The notes beneath the pieces were generated by a model. That model was not told where the DNA came from, searched no databases, and saw only the letters and a list, made by a program, of their open reading frames with translations. The position numbers and the translations under genes are program-made. Source: a virus (lineage: Duplodnaviria; Heunggongvirae; Uroviricota; Caudoviricetes). From it: a stretch of 64,000 nucleotides of DNA. The stretch lies in the IMG/VR virus record IMGVR_UViG_3300034157_000066; one strand, given 5' to 3'. Below, piece by piece: positions 30,885-39,990 of the stretch (the stretch's first letter is position 1; each line of letters opens with the position of its first letter).

Positions 30885-31073
30885 ATGACAAACAAGACAA
30901 TCACCGAAAAAGCAAAGCTTCTGCTGGTTGAATCAATTCAGCGTGATTTAGCCAGTGAACATGATGAACAGCATAGCTTTGCTGCTTATGGTTTTGTGGG
31001 TGTCTATAATATGAATGAGGAACAGCTTCTGGCCTTGTTCACTGTTCATGGCATCAATCCTTACGAGGTATAA
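30885..31073 (+). CDS. hypothetical protein
   Basis: AAGGA RBS. Confidence 0.7.
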   Translation: MTNKTITEKAKLLLVESIQRDLASEHDEQHSFAAYGFVGVYNMNEEQLLALFTVHGINPYEV

Positions 31074-31076
31074 GCT

Positions 31077-31355
31077 ATGATTAATTGTGTAACATTACGT
31101 GATTCATCTGGTCGAATCAAAACGTTTTCCAAGAACCAAGATTTTTCAGCATATGAAAAACACAAATGGAGCCTTGGCATGGGTGCTGATGGTAAAATGA
31201 TTACTTATCTGCTTATTGCACAAGATTCTTTAATGACTTTGAGTTTTGGTCATCGAGATAGTTTTATGGCTATCCATATTTTTGCAGGTGATTACTTTAC
31301 CTTGGAAGAAGAAGGTTCTCCGGCTGTGAATCCATTAACACCGTTGGGTCTTTAA
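31077..31355 (+). CDS. hypothetical protein
   Basis: GAGG RBS, operonic. Confidence 0.7.
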   Translation: MINCVTLRDSSGRIKTFSKNQDFSAYEKHKWSLGMGADGKMITYLLIAQDSLMTLSFGHRDSFMAIHIFAGDYFTLEEEGSPAVNPLTPLGL

Positions 31356-31357
31356 AT

Positions 31358-31504
31358 ATGACTACAAGCTCAGTGACAGTGCCTAATCACTCATCACAGT
31401 CTGAATGGACATTTTTGATGAATTTGCGGTTTAGCGAAGTCTGTATTGTGGCGGCAAAAGTATCGCTGTATCATCATTTGTGCAAACAATACAATATCAA
31501 ATAA
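31358..31504 (+). CDS. possible 48-aa small protein
   Basis: MTTSSVTVPNHSS...KQYNIK fills the gap before a UUCG terminator; weak RBS. Confidence 0.35.
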   Translation: MTTSSVTVPNHSSQSEWTFLMNLRFSEVCIVAAKVSLYHHLCKQYNIK

Positions 31505-31601
31505 GTCTTTTGTTTAAATCAGTCAACTTCGGTTGGCTTTTTTTTTGACTAAATTTAAATAAATTTTATAATAATAATAATATTAACCTACCACTCACTA
31601 C

Positions 31602-32201
31602 ATGCAATTAACCAGACAAGAACTTTTAGAAAAAGTTAAACAAGCTGTTATTAAACTTAATGATGTTAACTTTATCAACCAAGTCATCAATAATCAACCT
31701 GCCACTTTTAATAATACGTTCTGGTCAAAGAATATGGGTTATTCATTAGTACCGTTTGGATTAGAGATAATGGGTGTTAAAGGTTCTAAATACCTCAGAA
31801 AAAGACCTATGTTGTTTACTTACCTTTATCAATACAATTTGATCAATGATGACATCACCCAAGTTATAGAACACACCAAAACTGGAACACCCAATAATAT
31901 TCAATATATTTATAAGAAGGATCATTCTACTATCGGTTTAAAAGTGGACAGTCATAACATAGGTATTAGTTTAACTGAGGTTATTTCTGATAATGGTTGT
32001 TTTGTGTCTGCTTTGAGAGTGGATAACTATAATCGTTTTTGGTATAACGAATATGTCTATGTTGATGGAAAAGTTAAACATATTTTGTGTGACGCTTACA
32101 ACTGCTCTACTGACACCCTTGAATTGGAATATGTAGACAACACGGTTAGCCGTGTCTATGTTGTTAATAATGGAATAACTCGCAACTTCTACGAAATCTA
32201 A
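31602..32201 (+). CDS. hypothetical protein
   Basis: 199 aa after TATAAT. Confidence 0.75.
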   Translation: MQLTRQELLEKVKQAVIKLNDVNFINQVINNQPATFNNTFWSKNMGYSLVPFGLEIMGVKGSKYLRKRPMLFTYLYQYNLINDDITQVIEHTKTGTPNNIQYIYKKDHSTIGLKVDSHNIGISLTEVISDNGCFVSALRVDNYNRFWYNEYVYVDGKVKHILCDAYNCSTDTLELEYVDNTVSRVYVVNNGITRNFYEI

Positions 32202-32285
32202 TAATCTCATTTTTGTTGAGCTGTTTTTCTTGCCATCACTCTGTTTTTTTGTTATAATCCATGCAATTAAACAGAGAACATTATC

Positions 32286-32705
32286 ATGAAATCCACCCGA
32301 CTTCTCAATGCCCTTGATAGCTTCCAATCTTATCAGGCACTCAAAAAAGACATGGAAGATATTTTTACCCAAGTCACACTTGATCCAGTGAAAGACAAAG
32401 TTGAGATTGCTTATATCAATCGTGAAATCTCTTGCTTTGTCAGCTCTATGGAAATTGAGCAAGAAGACTTTAACAAAATTTGTGGTTTTGATGTGGATCT
32501 GGAAAAAATTGACCAACGTGATCTTCTTGACCTCTTGAAAGAACTGCAAGACGAAGAAAAACACCTTTCCGGTATGGCTGCTGCTTGGGAGTCTGATGAC
32601 GCTTGCGAAGCGGCTTGCAATGACCCCGGCCTGCAGTATGAACAAGGTGAAAAAGTTGAACAGCTTTGGGCCGACTTTGACAACACTTACAACAAAACTA
32701 ATTGA
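32286..32705 (+). CDS. hypothetical acidic protein
   Basis: Promoter plus AGAG RBS. Confidence 0.75.
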   Translation: MKSTRLLNALDSFQSYQALKKDMEDIFTQVTLDPVKDKVEIAYINREISCFVSSMEIEQEDFNKICGFDVDLEKIDQRDLLDLLKELQDEEKHLSGMAAAWESDDACEAACNDPGLQYEQGEKVEQLWADFDNTYNKTN

Positions 32706-32720
32706 TAGGAGCTTTATTGT

Positions 32721-33020
32721 ATGAAAAAACTTATTTTGGCTTTGGTTGTTGCTGGTTGCTCTATTTCAGTTCAAGCAAAAGATACTTATGATGTCACTGG
32801 TAATTATATCCTTCCTGCCGACATGGCTGACTGTAAAATTTATAAAATGATGGATGGTGTTTTTGCTCCCATCCTTTTTGTAACCAAATGTCCGATGTCT
32901 AAAACATCCACTACGTTTACTCAAAAAAATCCAACCAATACCATTCTTGAGTATAGTGATGACGATCAAGAATCAACAGTTATTCAAATGAATGGTAAGC
33001 GGTATATGGAAATCAAATAA
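32721..33020 (+). CDS. small secreted protein
   Basis: Signal peptide ending VQA; Cys pair; AGGAG RBS. Confidence 0.75.
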   Translation: MKKLILALVVAGCSISVQAKDTYDVTGNYILPADMADCKIYKMMDGVFAPILFVTKCPMSKTSTTFTQKNPTNTILEYSDDDQESTVIQMNGKRYMEIK

Positions 33021-33130
33021 CCTTTTGGTGGTTATAGAAGGAGCTTCGGCTCCTTTTTTTTTCAATAATATTTGTTTTGATTAAATTGCTCATTTGTGTT
33101 AAAATACACCAAATACAGGAGAAATGAATT

Positions 33131-33391
33131 ATGCCACCAATTAAGTATTTGGTTAACGACAAATCTCGTATGTGCTCCATGACAATGGGTGCAAAAGAAT
33201 ACGCTGATAACGTCAAGGCTGGTTTTCGAGAAGTCACAGCAGAAGAACAAGATGCTTTCCGTGCTGAAACGAAAGCTTTGAAAGAACAAAAGAAACCAAG
33301 TAAAGCCAAGGGCAAAAAAGCTGCTGGTGGTTTGGTTATTAACGCGACGGCGGCTGAACTCGCTAAACTGGTTGAAGACTTTAATAAATAA
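33131..33391 (+). CDS. hypothetical protein
   Basis: AGGAG RBS. Confidence 0.75.
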   Translation: MPPIKYLVNDKSRMCSMTMGAKEYADNVKAGFREVTAEEQDAFRAETKALKEQKKPSKAKGKKAAGGLVINATAAELAKLVEDFNK

Positions 33392-33421
33392 TTGAAACTT
33401 TGATAGACGGAGTATAAACAA

Positions 33422-33634
33422 TTGTCAGAATATCAAGATAGTGGACTTACCAAGCCTGAACGATATAGCATGTCTCGAAATCAGGTTAATCAAGACTTTG
33501 ATAAAAAGATTGAAAACAAATCATTTTTCACTTCTAAAACTTCTATTCAAGAAGAACGTGAAATAGCACTTAAAAAAGTTCATGATCAATATTGGGGCAG
33601 TGGCAATCGTGGTGGAAGCTTCTGTACTGAATAA
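33422..33634 (+). CDS. small KSFF-repeat family protein ending YWGSGNRGGSFCTE
   Basis: TTG start with GGAG RBS; paralog of 33668. Confidence 0.7.
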   Translation: MSEYQDSGLTKPERYSMSRNQVNQDFDKKIENKSFFTSKTSIQEEREIALKKVHDQYWGSGNRGGSFCTE

Positions 33635-33667
33635 TTACAATATACAAATTCATAAGAGGATAATTAA

Positions 33668-33877
33668 ATGGCAGAATCGCATCCAGAACTAGGTTTGAGT
33701 AAACAAGATTTTTATCGTATGTCTAAACATGAAGTTAATCAAGAGTTTGATAAAAAACTTGCAAATAAATCATTTTTTGACTCCAAAAAGTCAATTGAAG
33801 CTGACCGTGAAAAAGCCTTAAAAGGTGTCCATGATCAGTATTGGGGTGGTGGCGGTGGCGGTGGTTTCTGTGACTAA
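33668..33877 (+). CDS. small KSFF-repeat family protein ending YWGGGGGGGFCD
   Basis: AAGGA RBS; paralog of 33422. Confidence 0.75.
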   Translation: MAESHPELGLSKQDFYRMSKHEVNQEFDKKLANKSFFDSKKSIEADREKALKGVHDQYWGGGGGGGFCD

Positions 33878-33977
33878 ACTAGGTTAATACTTTCAAAATA
33901 AAGACACTTCGGTGTCTTTATTGTTGACTACGACTTTATTTATGTTATTTTTTAAAGTCACACAAACAGGAGTTTCT

Positions 33978-34370
33978 ATGTCAAAAGAACAGGATAAAAA
34001 CACACCGTTTCAACATACATTTTATAATAAATCTGTTTTACTTATCAACCGTCATTACGATAATGAGTTGTTGACAAAATCTTTTTTCACATCAAAAAAG
34101 TCTATTGAAAGATCGCGATTGCTTGAATTGCAGGATCTGCAACAAAATCTAGAAAGTCTACAAAAGAAATCAATGATAGTACCGATTATAGATATTGCTA
34201 CTGGACGAGCTGGCACTTATCAAGCTTCAGTTAAGATTATAAATGATCATTTTGACAAAAAACTGTTGAAAAAATCTTTATTTTCGTCTACAATAGCTAT
34301 TCAAATGGCTCGTAAGATAGAGCTAGAAAAGATTGAAAATAAGTTTTTCAATAAACAACTTCGCAACTAA
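33978..34370 (+). CDS. protein with two KSFF-repeat units
   Basis: AGGAG RBS at ATG 33978; KSFFTSKKSIE and KKSLFSSTIAI units. Confidence 0.7.
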   Translation: MSKEQDKNTPFQHTFYNKSVLLINRHYDNELLTKSFFTSKKSIERSRLLELQDLQQNLESLQKKSMIVPIIDIATGRAGTYQASVKIINDHFDKKLLKKSLFSSTIAIQMARKIELEKIENKFFNKQLRN

Positions 34371-34398
34371 TCTAAAAGCCAATCAGATAGGTGTATTG

Positions 34399-34863
34399 AT
34401 GAACCATTATGTTATCTCTCAGCATGAGTCCTACGAATACGAAGGCACTAATAGTGTTCCAGTGGCTATTCGTCATTGCGATGAGTTGGATGTGATTGCA
34501 GAAGTGGCTATTCTTAATGCGAATGTGACCACTGCACAGGGTGATTTGGTCAGTCATTATTACACTTATCATGAAGTTCCGTTGAGCGGTTTCGGCACTA
34601 CGTTTGATCTACCTTCTAAAAAGGCTGAATACAATTTGGTGTCATTGCGTAACCGGATGGAATTTGACATTGAGCGTGCTCATGTGTTTTATAATCATGG
34701 CAAAGAAAACATCTTCTGTAGTCGCCATGACACCTTTAAAGCCTACTTTTTGGAAGATCATCGTTGCCGTGAGCGGGCGGTTGGAATTCCATATGAACAA
34801 GTGGAAACGATGTTTGATGAAGTGTTTTCGGCTTATGTCAAACGTGGTATTCGTCTCGTATAA
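34399..34863 (+). CDS. hypothetical protein
   Basis: AGGTG RBS before ATG 34399. Confidence 0.75.
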   Translation: MNHYVISQHESYEYEGTNSVPVAIRHCDELDVIAEVAILNANVTTAQGDLVSHYYTYHEVPLSGFGTTFDLPSKKAEYNLVSLRNRMEFDIERAHVFYNHGKENIFCSRHDTFKAYFLEDHRCRERAVGIPYEQVETMFDEVFSAYVKRGIRLV

Positions 34864-34967
34864 CATCTATTTAATGAACAAGGTCACTTCGGTGACCTTT
34901 TTTCGTTGTTAAACGGTGTTTTTTGGTGTATAATAAGCTCCTATTCATTAATTCAAGGTAAGTAGTA

Positions 34968-35330
34968 ATGTCCAGTAAAACGAAAGCAGGAAAAGGCCAT
35001 TCTATTCCCAACCCAGTGATGTTTGCTGTCACCATTGATACCGATGATGATTTCACGGTAGATGGTGAAACTCATGTAAAACGCAATATCACTGTGACCG
35101 GCAATGGTGATGTGACAGTTAACCTGTCGAAATACTTGTTGGATCTTCACTATGAAGCTAGTGCTCGGAATGCTTTAAAAGTGGACGATTTCAAGAAAAT
35201 GATTCGTAGCCGAGACTTCAAGGACGCTATCCATAAACTGACGTTGCCAAAAGATCATTTTGATTACAGCTCGCGGGTTTCTGCTGGTGGTAATCAGTCC
35301 ATTGTTATCACGTTGGTTGATAACGCTTAA
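34968..35330 (+). CDS. hypothetical protein
   Basis: Promoter plus AAGG RBS. Confidence 0.75.
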   Translation: MSSKTKAGKGHSIPNPVMFAVTIDTDDDFTVDGETHVKRNITVTGNGDVTVNLSKYLLDLHYEASARNALKVDDFKKMIRSRDFKDAIHKLTLPKDHFDYSSRVSAGGNQSIVITLVDNA

Positions 35331-35365
35331 TCAAACCTCATTTTTAACATTGGAGTTCCATTATT

Positions 35366-35884
35366 ATGAACACTAAACGCACTTTGCTGATTAACATGTT
35401 TGACGCTGAACACCATCATCCTTATATGTATCACACCAATTTTGACTTTCTTCGAAAATGTTCCGATGCAGAAATTATTCAGCATCTCCCAAGCCATTTG
35501 GATACAGTGGATTTGAGCCAGTATACGGATCACGGGGCAAAATCTTATCTGCAATTCTTGTATGTGGTTTTTCAGGACGTTCGTCAATCACTTTACAAGG
35601 CTAAAGAAAATGACATCAATCATTTTAAAAATATGTTTACGGAATATTTTAAATATACCGATGAGCAAGATCATTTACTTATTCAACAGGTGTTTGTGGC
35701 TGATCCTGAAAAGATGTTGCAAACTGCTCGTGAATTACTGAATATGTCTGAGCAACCTTGTCAAATTGTGCTTGAAAAAGTATTGGAAAACATTGATGAG
35801 ATTAATGGTTGTTTTATTCTTGACAGCCGTGCCATTGTTGATCTTGATCTGCAATTCCTTAACCGTATTGAAGCTGTTTCCTGA
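35366..35884 (+). CDS. hypothetical protein
   Basis: GGAG RBS. Confidence 0.75.
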   Translation: MNTKRTLLINMFDAEHHHPYMYHTNFDFLRKCSDAEIIQHLPSHLDTVDLSQYTDHGAKSYLQFLYVVFQDVRQSLYKAKENDINHFKNMFTEYFKYTDEQDHLLIQQVFVADPEKMLQTARELLNMSEQPCQIVLEKVLENIDEINGCFILDSRAIVDLDLQFLNRIEAVS

Positions 35885-35913
35885 GAATACATCAACATTT
35901 TATTGAAAAAGTG

Positions 35914-35942
35914 TTGACTGTTTGGGTAAAAGTGGCTATAAT
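35914..35942 (+). promoter_or_regulatory. sigma70-type promoter of tRNA-like operon
   Basis: TTGACT-17 bp-TATAAT. Confidence 0.85.
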
Positions 35943-36065
35943 GGTCATCAACAAGAAGGGGAAACCCATTCTTGATTAGCGGTAAAGAGATATGGATTAT
36001 ATTAGGCTTTATTGCATAATCTGTATCGAGGGTGTGAAAGAAATTTTATACTTCATCTGTTCCAC

Positions 36066-36138
36066 AGAGGTGTATATCAGTTGGTAGATAATCTCCCTAG
36101 CAGGGAGAAGGTCGCGGGTTCAAGTCCCGTCACTGATG
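36066..36138 (+). tRNA. atypical or pseudo tRNA, anticodon AGC (Ala-type), damaged acceptor stem
   Basis: D-stem TATC/GATA, anticodon stem TCTCC/GGAGA with loop CTAGCAG, T-arm GCGGG-TTCAAGT-CCCGT; acceptor mismatches at pairs 2 and 3; no CCA. Confidence 0.6.
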
Positions 36139-36166
36139 TGGATTTAGGCCGAGAGGTCAGGACAAA

Positions 36167-36240
36167 TACGGTGTATATCAGCGGCCTAGATAATCTCTCT
36201 AATCGAGAGAAGGACGTAGGTTCAAATCCTACCACTGTAT
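36167..36240 (+). tRNA. atypical tRNA, anticodon AAT (Ile-type)
   Basis: Full cloverleaf: TACGGTG/CACTGTA, TATC/GATA, TCTCT-CTAATCG-AGAGA, GTAGG-TTCAAAT-CCTAC; C37, G38, U73; no encoded CCA. Confidence 0.75.
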
Positions 36241-36250
36241 TGCAAGAACC

Positions 36251-36279
36251 AAAAAGACTTCTTCGGAAGTCTTTTTTTT
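36251..36279 (+). terminator. intrinsic terminator, UUCG loop
   Basis: AAAAAGACTTC-TTCG-GAAGTCTTTTTTTT. Confidence 0.9.
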
Positions 36280-36351
36280 ATCTTAAAAAATATATTTGCT
36301 ATAACACCTTCGATGGTTTATAATTAAATCCGTTTAAAATTGGAGGTTTCT

Positions 36352-36603
36352 ATGTTTACAGCAGACAAAGCAAGAAAATTGACTACAAATGATCTTGATG
36401 AAAGGATCAAAAGAGAAGTGGATGAATGTGTTCGTTCAGGTCAAAATCATGGTTATCTTCGTATTTACTCGGAAGACTGGTTTTTTGACACCATTGAATA
36501 TGAATTAACCAAACGTGGTTTTCATAGTGTCGAAGTTCCTTCCATTATTTTGAAAGGTGATGTCTATTTTAGTTGGGCAGAAGAAAAATCAGAAGATGAT
36601 TAA
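36352..36603 (+). CDS. hypothetical protein
   Basis: GGAGG RBS before ATG 36352. Confidence 0.75.
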   Translation: MFTADKARKLTTNDLDERIKREVDECVRSGQNHGYLRIYSEDWFFDTIEYELTKRGFHSVEVPSIILKGDVYFSWAEEKSEDD

Positions 36604-36753
36604 TCTTAAATTGCCTTTTTTACAGATTGTGATGTTGTTCTAAGGATTACATCACTTTTTAAAAAGCAAACATCGGTGAGTCGTCACTTCAGTGTTGTCT
36701 TCTATCCTATAATTTGCTATAATCGTGCCTCAAATAAACGAATGAGATAGATC

Positions 36754-37338
36754 ATGAGCCAATCGTTAGCTTATTTCATGCATGACATGATTAATGTTGA
36801 TCGGGATCAATCCATTCAAGTGATTGGTCAGCTTGCACCTATTGATTTGGCTCAAATGACTGACTACTTTCCAGAGTGTGAAGCGATTGGTTGGGATTTC
36901 ACTGAACGCATGAAAAACGTTGGTGTATCAAAAGCTGCTGGTATTGATGTTGATATTTTCGCCAGTGAGGATTTTTTGTCGTTTAATGTCGATGAAGACT
37001 GTCCAGCGTTTGAAAATTTCTTGAATGAACACTATCCAGTGCTAGCAGATGTCAGCAGCACTTACATGTTTTGTGCCGCTTCTTACGCTCAGATGCATGA
37101 TGATTCCAATTTATCTTCTCGTGGGCAGTTGATGTTCATTGTCAGTAACCTGTCGAAGCATTCGTTTATTTCGATTGATGTGGATGGTGTAAAGCACGAA
37201 GTCATTCCAGAAGCCGGGGATATTTTGTTTATGGACATTGCTTGCAGACATGCTCTGTTTCCAAAACAAGTTGATGTCAACAACCTAGATGCTATTCAGC
37301 CACTTAAAATGGCTATGATTTCAATCAATGGATTTTAA
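36754..37338 (+). CDS. putative Fe(II)/2-oxoglutarate dioxygenase-like (DSBH) protein
   Basis: HxD (MHDD) plus distal His (GDILFMDIACRHAL). Confidence 0.45.
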   Translation: MSQSLAYFMHDMINVDRDQSIQVIGQLAPIDLAQMTDYFPECEAIGWDFTERMKNVGVSKAAGIDVDIFASEDFLSFNVDEDCPAFENFLNEHYPVLADVSSTYMFCAASYAQMHDDSNLSSRGQLMFIVSNLSKHSFISIDVDGVKHEVIPEAGDILFMDIACRHALFPKQVDVNNLDAIQPLKMAMISINGF

Positions 37339-37408
37339 ACATTTTACTGTTTTTTGATCATTCATTGTGGTATAATCACTTCGTCAAACACATAAAGGAT
37401 ATTCGATT

Positions 37409-37594
37409 ATGAAAGCTTATGGTCACTCTCGTTCTGATAAACTTGAATGCAAATATGGCTGCTGCACCAGCAAATCTGGCAAAGCCAAAAACTGCCGTAG
37501 TGTTGTAGACCGTGCTAACCGTAAAACTGCCCGTCAATCCGGTATCAAAGAAATCGCTGTGAACATCCGTGAAGCCTCGGTGGTTGAGGATTAA
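37409..37594 (+). CDS. small basic Cys-containing protein
   Basis: AAGGA RBS; CKYGCC, RKTARQ. Confidence 0.7.
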   Translation: MKAYGHSRSDKLECKYGCCTSKSGKAKNCRSVVDRANRKTARQSGIKEIAVNIREASVVED

Positions 37595-37596
37595 TC

Positions 37597-37968
37597 ATGG
37601 ATCTCGACTTCATCGTTAGCCATATTGAAAAAACGCTGACAGATGATTTGTTGAAGCCTGTCTATCGTAAGATGACGGACAGGCATTTGACCACTGGTCA
37701 TTGCTATGCCGCTTCCGAGGCTGCTTTTCACTTGCTTGGTGGTGGTCAATACTGGATGTCGTGTTGTGGGCGTGATGAGTCTGGTGGCACTCATTGGTGG
37801 CTGAAAAACAAAGCTTCTGGTGAAATCCTTGATGTAACTTCTTCTCAATTCACTCACTTCGGCAATATCCCACCTTATGCCAATGGCCGTCCTGTTGGCT
37901 TTCTAACTAAACTCCCCAGCAAACGAGCTGTTGTTATCATTGAACGTCTAAAATCATTGAAAAAATAG
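37597..37968 (+). CDS. hypothetical protein with Cys-His-Asp (papain/transglutaminase-like) motif
   Basis: GHCY, THWWL and ILDVTSSQF. Confidence 0.55.
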   Translation: MDLDFIVSHIEKTLTDDLLKPVYRKMTDRHLTTGHCYAASEAAFHLLGGGQYWMSCCGRDESGGTHWWLKNKASGEILDVTSSQFTHFGNIPPYANGRPVGFLTKLPSKRAVVIIERLKSLKK

Positions 37969-38007
37969 ATTTTTAGTGGTATAATCATGGCATACTCAAT
38001 AGAGATC

Positions 38008-38292
38008 ATGACCATGAAAATTATTGCACGCATTCAACAATCCATCCATGATTACAAAAATCCTTCGGATGAGAAGCTTTTTGCAAAAGCCTACAAACTC
38101 TATCACTTGTTCGCCAGTTATCATCACCTGCAACATACTCGTGGTGGTTATGAAGCGGCTGTTAAAAATAAAAATGACATGTATTCACGTCTTCAATCCA
38201 TTCGTGACATGGATGCGAATGAGGCTCGCACTCATGAAATCAAAGACACCATTGAGGCTTTCAAAAAGCTCAACAAAATTGGCTTTCGCTAA
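38008..38292 (+). CDS. hypothetical protein (paralog of 38300)
   Basis: Shared IHDYKNPSDxKLFxKAxxLYxL. Confidence 0.75.
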   Translation: MTMKIIARIQQSIHDYKNPSDEKLFAKAYKLYHLFASYHHLQHTRGGYEAAVKNKNDMYSRLQSIRDMDANEARTHEIKDTIEAFKKLNKIGFR

Positions 38293-38299
38293 TAGGTGA

Positions 38300-38590
38300 T
38301 TGTTGATGAACATTATCAAACTCATTCAAAAAGCCATTCATGATTACAAAAACCCTTCCGATTCTAAGCTTTTCAACAAAGCTCGAAATCTATATACACT
38401 GTATGTCAGCAACAATATTCGGTATCATGTTGTCTATAAGCACAAAATGTATGGTTCTCAACAAGCGATTGTAACCAGAGATAAAATGTTCGACATGCTG
38501 TGTGCTATTCCTAATATGCCTGCTAATGCGGCTCGCCGTGAAAAATTAGTCGAAATGGTGGCGTTATTCAAGCAATATAACCGTCAGTAG
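38300..38590 (+). CDS. hypothetical protein (paralog of 38008)
   Basis: Paralogy; AGGTG RBS. Confidence 0.75.
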   Translation: MLMNIIKLIQKAIHDYKNPSDSKLFNKARNLYTLYVSNNIRYHVVYKHKMYGSQQAIVTRDKMFDMLCAIPNMPANAARREKLVEMVALFKQYNRQ

Positions 38591-38653
38591 AACTAGACAT
38601 TTCTAAGTTTTTTCGGTATAATTACCCAACTTAATCAATAGGAAGACACTTCA

Positions 38654-39094
38654 ATGACTACTCAAATTAACCCTGAAATCTTGAAATCTTTGGCTCTGAA
38701 TGCAATCGACCGCCTTGAAAAAGACAAACGGATTATCTGCAGTATGCCAAGCTTGATGTCGGCTGTTGATATGGAAATTTTTTATGACAACAAAATCGAA
38801 TCCATTCAGAAATTTCTGAAAGCGTTGTCGTTCACCAACGAAGTTGATATTGAACTGTGTGAACTGCTTGAAAAAGAAGATTATTTGGTCGTTGCACAAT
38901 CCTTTGACAATGAAGTTAAAGCTTTCTCGGAAGCCATGACACTTCTTCACCGTCACCTGCTGACCACTCCGGTTAACCCTGAAAACACCGAAGCTGAAAA
39001 TGACAAGATGAAACCTTACTTTGATCAGCAATGGGCAATGGTTGAGGCAAAACATGAGTTCTACCACCTTTACAACCAAGTTCGATATAACTAA
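38654..39094 (+). CDS. hypothetical protein
   Basis: Promoter, AGGA RBS, terminator. Confidence 0.8.
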   Translation: MTTQINPEILKSLALNAIDRLEKDKRIICSMPSLMSAVDMEIFYDNKIESIQKFLKALSFTNEVDIELCELLEKEDYLVVAQSFDNEVKAFSEAMTLLHRHLLTTPVNPENTEAENDKMKPYFDQQWAMVEAKHEFYHLYNQVRYN

Positions 39095-39161
39095 GCTAAA
39101 CACTAAACAAAAAAACCACCTTCTGGTGGTTTTTTGTTGTCTTCATGTTGGTGATGATTGA

Positions 39162-39989
39162 TTAAATTTCCAGCATGTCATGGATTAAAACAATGTCTCT
39201 TGCCGTGGTGTAGTCGGTGTCATGTTCTTTGTTATACCACTCTACAAAACTGCATTCTAATTCTTGGATATTCATTCTTTTTGAGTTATGCACACTGACT
39301 ATGCCGTATTGTTTCGCTGATAGTTTTCGTTTGATTTTAATATCACTTTTTGAAATTGAGAAAAACAGTTTGCCATAGTTAAAAAAGATATAATAGCCCG
39401 AATCACTGGTAAACACGTTGGCTTCAACATGGCCTAATCTTTGAGTTTCATACTGATCTTGTTCGTGAACGGAATCCAAATATGAAAAAGTTTTAAACAA
39501 TCTATTATTTTCAAATAATAAGTTGTCCACGATTTTTAAGTTGGCGTAGAGGCTTTGTTTTTCTGCGATAATTGAGTGACGATCTAACAAATATTGGTTA
39601 TTTTCAAATTGACGATTAATATTATCATTGATCATATTGTTAATGGCATTGTCATCCACACACTCTTTGAGATTAAATTCATGAGTTACGTTTTCAACAA
39701 GACCTTCAAATCCAGATGTTTTGTAATAGAATGGATAGCCTTTTTTAAAACTAATCTTTAAGGTTTCTCTCGATACAATTAAAGTGACCTCAGTGGCATA
39801 ATCACCTTCGTAAATATTGATAAGGTCATCAGCAATCACTGATAACAGTCTTTTTAATTTCGCAGGACGATCTGGAATATAGAGCACGTCATCAACCAGA
39901 GAAGTGTCTACATTTTTTAATTGGCTGACTGGTATGTCTTCGACCATCCATCCTTTCAATACCAGTGGAACGTTTGTGATTGTTTCCAT
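39162..39989 (-). CDS. hypothetical protein with C-terminal HDMLEI tag (paralog of 39991)
   Basis: Aligns along its length with 39991. Confidence 0.8.
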   Translation of the reverse strand: METITNVPLVLKGWMVEDIPVSQLKNVDTSLVDDVLYIPDRPAKLKRLLSVIADDLINIYEGDYATEVTLIVSRETLKISFKKGYPFYYKTSGFEGLVENVTHEFNLKECVDDNAINNMINDNINRQFENNQYLLDRHSIIAEKQSLYANLKIVDNLLFENNRLFKTFSYLDSVHEQDQYETQRLGHVEANVFTSDSGYYIFFNYGKLFFSISKSDIKIKRKLSAKQYGIVSVHNSKRMNIQELECSFVEWYNKEHDTDYTTARDIVLIHDMLEI

Positions 39990-39990
39990 T

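Noticed and set aside
36139-36279. HDV-like (theta) ribozyme after the tRNA-like genes
   Set aside because: The sequence after the first gene is a short spacer and after the second a plain terminator; no nested double pseudoknot.
36012-36323. 103-aa ORF over the tRNA-like pair
   Set aside because: TTG start without an RBS; runs through both cloverleaves and the terminator.
36604-36750. Intergenic hairpin GTGATGT/ACATCAC as a riboswitch or sRNA
   Set aside because: A single hairpin upstream of the next promoter, with no second copy or known motif; insufficient support.
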